From Mesotaenium endlicherianum (Eukaryota), in contig WELA01003444.1 in assembly GCA_009602735.1 (NCBI GenBank), positions 95,150-135,471 of the forward strand: DNA of 40,322 nucleotides, written 5' to 3'. Of this stretch, positions 21,401-40,322 are shown piece by piece. Numbering within the stretch: position 1 is the stretch's first letter; every line of letters begins with the position of its first letter. The notes below the pieces were generated by a model. That model had not been told where the DNA came from. It searched no databases and was given only the letters and a program-made list of their open reading frames with translations. Made by a program: the position numbers and the translations under genes.

Positions 21401-24400
21401 TGTTAAGATATGCATTTCATATCAGAAATTTGGCTCGCCTGTTGCAAGCGAGCGCACGTGTGCGTGCAGTTGTGCGTGCGTGCTTGGGTGCGTGTGTGCA
21501 TGCGTGTGTGTCTTTAGCCAGAAGTGTCATTGTTCAAGGAGCATAGTGGCTGCGCCCGCTGACTGTCCCGTCCGCCCCCAGGTCTGGCCAGCCCCGCACC
21601 CCTCACTTCTGTGACACAGTTCCAAATCTGCAAGCCTGTCCGGAGGGGAGCCCGATGCCTGGCGAGGGGAGCCTGAGAGAATTCTCCCAAAATGAAAAGG
21701 GTGAAGGACGGAAGAAACAAGACACAAACGAGAGAGTAAGGGAGACAGCTTCAACTTTGAGCGATGTGTAGTTGACTTCATTGTGATGTGGAATTGACTT
21801 CGTTGTTTGTTTTCCTTTTTCATTTGGAGGAATGGGGGGGGGGGAGCACAACGGAAAGCACAGAGGAGGGGCACGTGTATCTGTGGGGTCGGGGCTTCGG
21901 TGGCCTGCCAGATGTCGCCTCCCCCTTCCGTGCAAGCGGCAGCAGCCTGAGGTGCCGACAGGTGTCGCTGGGCTGGAGCCACGGCCTCGCCCTCACAGGT
22001 CGGGTTGACACCACCGCTCTATGCTTGTTTCACAAACACAAAGCTGTATACTACACAATGCACATGATTTCTTTTTATTTCTGAAAAGTATGAAATGGGG
22101 GTCTGAAGTGGGGGTTGTGAAAGTCCTGGTGGAGGCGTCCGCCCTCTCTCTGAAAGACGCTTCCTCTCGCCCCCCCCATGTATCTACACACAGTCACTAA
22201 ATTCCTCATTGAAACTCGCGCTCATGGGAAAGAGAGAGAGATAGAGAGAAAGACGAGTGACTATGCGTGCGGAGCACCCTGTAGGTACACATGCCCCTCT
22301 CTCTCTCTCCCCCTCCCCCCCCCCTTCCTCTCTCCGCAGCAGTGGCCGTCCCTTCCCCGACTCTTGCTCTGTGCGCCGCGATGGCCGACCCCTCGCCCCC
22401 CGCCTCTGCCGCGCCCCCCCCCAAAGCCCCGTCGCAGCCGTNTCGTGTGGCTCGCCATGGTCCCCCCACTCCCTCACTCGACGGCAAGCATGGAGGCAGA
22501 TGTTGGCAGGCAGAGAGATTTAATATCCCCGCTTTTTTTGCATGCGTCCCGCCGTCATATCGCCATTTCCTCCCTTTCCTCGCTCCCTTGGACAGATACA
22601 TTGACAGAGACACGATGCGTTCCCCATTTTGCGCGCTCTGCGTTCCGCACGCGCCCCGCCGCCCCGCTGCGTGTGCGAATGAGGGGCGAGGCCTGCAGCC
22701 TGCTTGACAGCAGAAATCATACAGTGATACTGACAAACATGCATCGCATCATCTCGCACATGCCCTTGCGTCGCTGCGTGTGCAGAGGAGGGCGAGGTCT
22801 GGTCCTGGGGCAGCAACAGGCACGGGCAGCTGGGGGTCGCCGGGCCGGCCCCAGACCTGCTCTGCACCAGCCCCGGACCTGCCTCCGGCGCCAACCACGA
22901 CCACCCCATCCGGAGGGAGGAAGAAGCTCCTCCGCTTTCAGCCCCTCTGGAGGGAGCATGCAGAGAAGAGCAGGAAGAGTACGAGGGCGGGGGGGCAATC
23001 AGCGGGGACTGGGAGGAAGTGGGCAAGGAGAGGCAGGAGAGGGAGGAGCAGGTGGAGGCTGCGGAGATAGCAGAGAGGAAGGAGCTGCTGCGGCCGGTCA
23101 GCAAAGGTGCCAGCTGTCGGCAGGGCACTAAGGGTGCCAGCTGCCAGCAGGACGCTGGGGGTGCCAGCTGTCAGAGGGACATTGAAGGTGCCAGCTGTCA
23201 GCGGGACTCAGGGGACGGCAGCTGCCGGGATGACGGCCGCCGGCCAGAGCCGCTGTCGGCGGATGGGCCTTTGCGTGAGCGCCACGTGTATGGCTGTGAC
23301 ACCACAACAGGCCCTGGATACCAGGTGCAATCTAGACATTGTCGGGGGGGCGGAGACACAAAGGTGTTGAGGGAAGGAGCAGAGTTGCAACCGCAAGGGC
23401 GCCGCCAGGTGGCAATTCCTGTGAAGCGAGAGCTGACGTGGCACAGGGTGGAGCTGGGGGGGAGAAGAGCGAGGTGTGTGGCGGCTGGTGCCGAGCATTC
23501 TGTTGCCGCCCTGGGTAACCCCCTCTCTTTCTCTCCCTCCCTTCCCCCCCTCTGTATATCTTTGTGTGTGTGCATGTGTGCATGTGTGTATGTGTATGTA
23601 TATGTGTGTGTATGAGTGTGTGTATGCCCGTGCGCATGTGTATGTGTGGCCGTGGATGCGCGCGTGTGTGTGTATGTGTGTGTGTGTGTTTGCTGTCTAC
23701 CTGTGTGCTTGGTGTGGGCGTGCGCGCGCCTCCCCGTAGCAATTGGTATGCTCAAGAACCGGCCACCGGGGCAGCTGTGGCTGGCCCGAGCACCGCGCGT
23801 ACTCATGCTTCTTCGCATGCCGGCGCTTGTACCCCAGCGCGCATAGCTTGCTCATCCGCACACACACGCGCACGCCGTCGCTTGACATCCCGCCCCGCCG
23901 ACCGCGCCTGCCGCCCGACATGGACGAGCCCGTTGACTCCAGCTGTACAATCATTTCCCGCCATGCACTGCCAAGACATCACGGCCGAGCAGTTCCGAGC
24001 CCGACGCACATTAAAGTTGAACAGCTCTGTCCTGAGGTCGAGGCTGGCTCTGGGAGCAGTAGGTGCCTCGGGGGGGGCCCTGGGTGGCAGGTCCCCGCCA
24101 CATGCATTATGCCTGGTACCTCAAACACAGTCCTACGCCCTAAAGTCAAATCCCTCGCGTGCCTCCTCTGGTTCGACACCGGACACGCGTGTCATGCATG
24201 GGGCCATGTTCTGCGTGCTTCTTGCTTGCACCCACCTGCAAGGCTGTGCCCGGAAGTCCCAGATCTGGGAAGGCCAGGCCTGGAAAGTCTAGGCTTGGGA
24301 ACCCCAGGTCTGAGAGGCCCAGGCCCGAAAAGGCCATGTCTGAAAAGGCCAGGTCCGGAAATGGCCAGGTCCGGTGAGCCCAGGTTTCTGTTCTCACTCT

Positions 24401-25329
24401 GCTTGCTCTGGAGAGGTAGCTCTGTGCCGGAAGTATGACGCTGCGACCCATCGATGCTGCTCCAGCGCGCGCTCGCGCCTCTTGCGCGACGTGCTTGTTT
24501 GCACATTCTCTCTCTCTCTTCCTCTCTCTCTCACTCTCAGGTCCCAGTGCCCTTTACCCCCTGGTCGCGCATCAGCTCCCGTCGGCAGCGTGGCTCCTCA
24601 GCCCACAGAGCTGCTTTGCTTTACGGCTCTTGAGCCTTTTCTGCAGCAGCTGGTGCAGCCGGACGTGGCTAACTCTTTTCTCTCTCTCTTCTCTCTCACT
24701 CTCCTCTACCCCATTCTCCCCCTCCCTTCTCTCCCCTTTCCTCCTTGCACCACTTCTGTTCTCATCTTATCCTTCCCCGGCAACCACTCCCTCCCTCTCT
24801 TCCCGTCCTCCTGCCCTTTTCTCTTCCTCTCACTTCTCCTACTTTCCCTACACCTCCTCCTCCTCCTCTCTCCTCCGCCGCACTCTGCTCCTTCCCCTGT
24901 CCTGCCTTCTCCTCTTCTGCCGCCTCCTCCTTCACATCCTCCTCCTGCTCTTCTCTCCTCCCTGGATGGTGGCGGCTCGCAGACACCGGCGAGGTGGCGG
25001 CGTGGGGTTGGGGCGAGCACGGGCAGCTAGGCCTCGGCCACACGCGCTGTGCGCTTGCTCCTCAGACTGTCGCGCTGCCGCCGCCTCCTCGTCGAAATGG
25101 CGCGCGCTTGACAGAGGACAGGAGACAAGACGTCCGACATGGGTTGCAGGACGATGTGGTGGATGTTGTGGGGGCTTCTGGCGTCAGCTCCTCCTGCTCC
25201 TCCTCCCCCCCTTCCTCGTCCTCCTTTCCGTCTGCCTCGTTCGAGTGCATCGTGCACGGGCCGCCACGTGTCACTACCGCGGTGTTCTGCGGCAGCGGCT
25301 TCTCCCTGGCGGTGCAGATGCCCGTGTGA
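18428..25329 (+). CDS. SAB1: RCC1-repeat beta-propeller protein, SAB1 (At1g27060)-like, 711 aa. join(18428-18593,19753-19908,20353-20514,20732-21172,21864-21998,22786-23514,24983-25329)
   Basis: Seven RCC1 repeats, one per exon, all introns phase 1: VWSWGAGTGGQL..ACGGSHA; VFTWGAG..AAGWGHT; VYTCGDGTFGQLG..ACGLRHT; VFSWGASRRGQL..AGGDHS; VYLWGRGF..LGWSHG; VWSWGSNRHGQLG..AAGAEHS; AWGWGEHGQLGLG..FCGSGFS. Motif order matches the remembered SAB1 sequence. Family call is firm; orthology needs a phylogeny. Confidence 0.9.
18676..18757 (+). repeat. 22-bp minisatellite, ~3.7 copies, RCC1 intron 1
   Basis: ATGATAGCGACGCATTGGAGAT / ATAATAGCGACACATTGGAGAT / ATGATAGCGATGTGTTGGAGAT / ATAATAGCGACGCATT. Confidence 0.9.
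23106..23234 (+). repeat. Coding 27-bp tandem repeat (9-aa GASCxxxxx unit, 4 copies plus 1 partial) in RCC1 exon 6
   Basis: GASCRQGTK GASCQQDAG GASCQRDIE GASCQRDSG DGSCRDD; GGTGCCAGCTG recurs every 27 bp. Confidence 0.9.
24256..24375 (+). repeat. Degenerate 15-bp minisatellite (~8 units) with a palindromic CCAGGCCTGG-like core, RCC1 intron 6
   Basis: gtcccagatctggga/aggccaggcctggaa/agtctaggcttggga/accccaggtctgaga/ggcccaggcccgaaa/aggccatgtctgaaa/aggccaggtccggaa/atggccaggtccggt. Confidence 0.75.
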
Positions 25330-26774
25330 GGCACGTAGTATGACGAGTGATTTTTTAATGTGAAGAAACTATTAAATTACTGCTTCAAGAGGATCCATGA
25401 TGAGAAATTTGTAAGGGGATGTGCTCTTCTTGCCATGCATGTGTACTGGTTTTTCACGAAGGTCTTTCGATTCATGGCCAGTGTGGCATCTCTGCACGAT
25501 CTGTTGTTGATGGCTCAGCAATAGCCAGTCATATGTTGAAGAGAGAAAACCAAACGGTGTTAGTAGGGTGTGTTTTGACCATAGTGGTAATGCGTCAACC
25601 TGCTTAGGTCCTCCTCGAGAGAAAATGATGCTAGCAGACACGCTCTTTACCCACTCACTGCTGAGTATGAGCACAGCAAGAAAGCGGTGTGGGTTGCACT
25701 GGCGTGGCGTGTTGTGGCATACGTGCAAGTCTGTACCTTCTAGGCATACGCAATCTGAGGTTAGCTGCAATGATGTAATCACTTGCTGAGCTAAAGACTA
25801 TGTTGTACAGCCAAGGTCATGGGTGCTTCACAAGGTGGGCGTGCATGACAGGGCTCCTAACACAGGGCTCTCCTTATCACAGTACAAGTTTTGAAGTGCG
25901 GTACCCTAGATGCGCTTAAACCCTTATACCCTATACTTCCAGCTGCATAGGGGCGCAACACCAGGAACCAAGTTGTAACTTAAGCCTGCGTTCTACTCGT
26001 GCCCACTGCGACCCATGCAATATCCGCCGAATCGAAGCCTCCTACTGTACACACTGCATGCAAAAAGGGAATCTCACTAGGGCACAAGAGACCCCATCCA
26101 CACACATGCACGTATGCATGACTGCAAGCTAGTATACCATCGGTCTCTGCTTTGTGGCCTGGCGTAAGAAGTTTTGACGTGATATGGCTTGAAAGTTGAG
26201 CGCCCTACTCTCATTGATGTACTGCATGAAAATTATGTATATCTGGGCACCTGCTGTGCTCCAATTTGAGGCCAGCAAGAGCTGCACATTGACGTACATG
26301 CAGCAGCTCTCTGAGTGCTTGTCCAGCGAGCTCCAAATCTCTGTATAGACTACTTCTCATCCACATTCGGTTGCTCAAAAGCCCTACTATTATACAGGCT
26401 TACACACTATATCCCAGGTCGACACCTACATCTGGCCAAGCAAAATCAAAATGTTGTATCGCCCAGAATCTGCTCAGCTCAGGCCTAGAAGAGGCGTGGA
26501 TAAGAAAGAACTTCATGAATATGTGCAACGCTGAACAGTTTGTTGCAGTGCACAGGGAAAATCATGTCGAGCACATGCAACATGCGCGCGATTTGGCGTG
26601 CGTGCTAGTGCACCATACAGCAATGCGATCCTTAGATGTATTCTGCTTCTCAATCAAATCAAGGTCCTGATACTTTGACGTCCCTATTAGCTGGCTCACA
26701 CATAATGTACACTATTGAGGAGTACGCAGTGAATCCTAATCAAGAAGTATATAGTTCATAGTATATCGACCTGA

Positions 26775-37197
<10,423 letters not shown>

Positions 37198-40100
37198 CCA
37201 CCCTCTGCCAGCTGTCTTTTAAGAACATAGGATGTCAGACGTTGTCGCCGGCAGGCGTGAAGATCATACTTGCGGGCAGTTATGATATCCCCAATTTTCA
37301 TTTGTCCATTTCTATTTCAACAGGAGTCTCTTCAGAAATAATTTAATAAATATTTTTGGAGGAAAGAGGGAAGGGCCTGGCTTGTATAAAAGGAAGGTGG
37401 GGGTGGTTTTTGATCAATGCTTTCATTATGTTTTAATGATTGATAGCTTGCAAAATCCCAGCAGATCCATCATTCACCCTCCTCGATGACCTCATGTGTG
37501 TGTGTGCGTGTGCGTGTGCCTGTGCAAGTGCATGCACACAGGAGTGCGTGTGCCAGCCTGTCATGCCTTACTAGCAATCCAAGCACACTTTGACAGCTAG
37601 ATAGCTTCGTTCCCGGCCCCTCTCGAGGCAAACTTCAGCAGTGGCCGAAAACGGCGCATGCTGTCATCTTGATCGTCAATGCTGGAGAGTCAAGTGCCCC
37701 ACTCTATACGTGCGCAAATACGATCTCGATTAAGAACTGAACGAGGCCTGACAGGCAATCTATCGGGCCCTCCGTCAGGATAGTCTGTGTTCGATCCCGG
37801 TGCCTACTTAATCCGGCCGGGGGCCTAGTAATTTGCTATGCGTGACACCTGGCAGCTGAACATCATGCCCTCACATCACGTCAAAGGAAAGAAAAGGACT
37901 TGATGGTGGCCCGCAAGTGTAAGGTGTGACACCCAAGTGAAAGATTAGGCTTCCTGATCTCCACAGGTGAGATGCAAACTCTGCCACCTGGCACCATACA
38001 AATCAGCCTTCTGACCGCGTAATTTCTTGTTTTGAAGTCGCCTAGTAGTGAATGCTGACAACTAGAGCAAATAGTGGCTAGCGTGAGCAACAGCCAGGCC
38101 ATGGAGACGACCCCGCATTCCTTCACCAGTCGAGCAATGATGAAGTTGAGTACACTACATAAGAGCTGCTCAAAGTCCTCTCCTTCTCAAGAGGTCTCCT
38201 CCTCCCCACCCGGCCCCATGCACCCCACACCCCTCCCCCCCACCCTTCTGACTTCCCATTTGGCCTAGCTTCGCCTCCTCCAGTGCGTTGTGTGTATATG
38301 AGTCGTATTGCTACACTAGTGAATAAGTAAGCTCAAAAGGTACGACGCAAGGTGGCGAGCTGAGAGCCTCGTGGGCAATCAGGGCAGCACTTGTACCCAT
38401 TAATGACACTTCTCTCTCGCAAGTGTGGTGCTCATTGACTTCGGGGGACTGACTTGGGGCGGACTGGCTAGGTAGGAAGTGCTTGCTGAGCCCAGATAGC
38501 TGCGAATTGCGGACCTTGCCAAATGGCGCTTTCCTGGAGCCTTTTGATGGGGACATCACCTTTGGTGACATCAGCGCTGCGCTGACTGGGCTCCAGTTTG
38601 CCTTGCAGGTTATACTTGTGGACCACCTCAAAGACAAGAGCCATTGCACTCTGCTTGCCAGCTGTACTCAGCCTGTCCCAGCTCTCGTCCGGCCACGGCT
38701 TCTCTTGCTTCCCTGGAACCGCTGCCATGTCAACTTCTTCGATTTAGACAATTTTCTAGAAAGAAGACTGTTGAATCCTATGCCAAATGATGATGGTATC
38801 AAATTAAGTACAGATGCAGGAAACCCGACGGCATCAACTAACATAAAAATGCGCTTAACATTTGCTCATACACATAAAGAGGTCCGTGATGAGGAAGAGC
38901 GAACTTACTTGTGCTGATATTGTGAAATTCGTCCCTCTGACAAACACCCAGTGACGTGTGGTGATGTAAACGTGCATCGTATTCTTCACCCATATGATGT
39001 AATATGAACTCAGTGCACTTAAAAGTGATACATTCAGCTCCGAAAGAGTCTCCTCACGCTTTGCTCGACGTAGTGCGGAAACTTCACCTTCTTCCTGCTT
39101 CCCAGCTGCTTTGTGACGCATCTCCAGAAGCGCTAGTTGTGCTAGTTGAGGCATGCTTCTTGCACTCGAGAGAGCGAGCCACATGCTTCAATCAGCTGTC
39201 TCATGCCACTTTTCACGTAAGCAGCAAGCAATCTCTGGAGAGCTCTGGACGCTCTTAAGCAAAGTCATGTAATACTCTTGAAGGAAGCAGTACACCTGCT
39301 GTTCATGCAGCGGCACGCGCAACGTCGCAAATTCGCGCGGCTTACGCTGCTTTGGAGCACCTTCTTGGTTGACGGCCATTGACGGCCCAAAACTTTCGGT
39401 CAGCTGCGGAGCGTGCGCGCTCAAGCTAGCTGCGCATGCATTGATCACCATGCATGCAGATATTGCGTTCATTTTGACGGTAGCAACGTACTTGACGACT
39501 TTAAGCCTGCTTTAAGCACTTCAATTTGTAACTTCATGTAACAATTGGAACGGCCCCACCGTCTAACAATCATGGTACTCCTAGTTTGCACCACTTGGCA
39601 GTGCTTAGCAGGCACTCGTGCATCGTTTTCAACTGTATCCTTCAGTATCCTTCACCATCTTGAATCCACTTCATTTAATCTCCCACACTTATTCTGACGC
39701 GGCTCTCGACGTTGTGTTGGCTTTGAACATCTCTGAGGGTCTGAACCGCGTTCAAATTCGACGTTGTCACGTCCGGCTCTTGCCCTCGTAAATTTGTGGT
39801 CACTTGTAAATGCTCTAACACTCAGCTTCAATGACGTCCCCTTTTCAATATATGCTTTTATGGGCATCTGTGGTAATGTCCTTTGCGACACTAACGGCAT
39901 CTTTTTAAGGTATGTTCACGCATGCCATGTAAAAAAAAATGACATCTATGCTAGTCCGTGCCCTCCACTGTCTCTGACTTGCGCTCACCTCATGTAAACA
40001 CTATCCTGTTATGTGCAGCGGCCAAGAAGGAAACCACATTTAGCCAAATGAGCAGAATTCTGAGCATGTCAATTTAAGTAACCTGTCTTCTGAATCTCTT

Positions 40101-40322
40101 GGTGCTTCCTTGATGATTTGATTATCTGCAGCATATAACAATGTGTCAAAATTCAGCTCGTAAATAAAATCTATGTCATGTATATGTCGGGTTATTAGGA
40201 CCAGCGTCAGCAATTAAAATCTGGGACTCCTCTGACACATTATGGCTGGACATATCCATTGCATGCTCTTCCATTCGTGTGCGTGTGTTTTTTTTTGGGG
40301 GGGGGGAAGGGGGGGGGGTAAA

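Noticed and set aside
22330..22442. Gene-start-like MADPSPPASAAPPPKAPSQP in RCC1 intron 5
   Set aside because: Low complexity, ends at an N and has no homology evidence; possibly assembly debris.

Overview
Eukaryotic, intron-rich plant-lineage genomic DNA. GC-rich exons, microsatellite-laden introns and scaffold gaps suggest a streptophyte alga draft assembly (inference). Five spliced genes were rebuilt by hand from GT-AG junctions with consistent phases: (1) aspartylglucosaminidase, minus strand, running off the left edge; (2) a canonical plastid glucose-6-phosphate/phosphate translocator GPT, plus strand; (3) a highly divergent plastid phosphate-translocator-family gene, minus strand, tail-to-tail with GPT, in which the conserved phosphate-binding KR motif is replaced by GP; (4) an RCC1-repeat protein similar to Arabidopsis SAB1, plus strand, with large loop insertions; (5) a double-AP2-domain euAP2-type transcription factor, minus strand, with three micro-exons and a 3.7-kb low-complexity last exon. 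An orphan HHL1-like exon lies inside an intron of gene 1 on the same strand. No tRNA, rRNA, CRISPR array or recognisable transposon ORF was found. All family assignments come from remembered sequences and motifs, not database searches.
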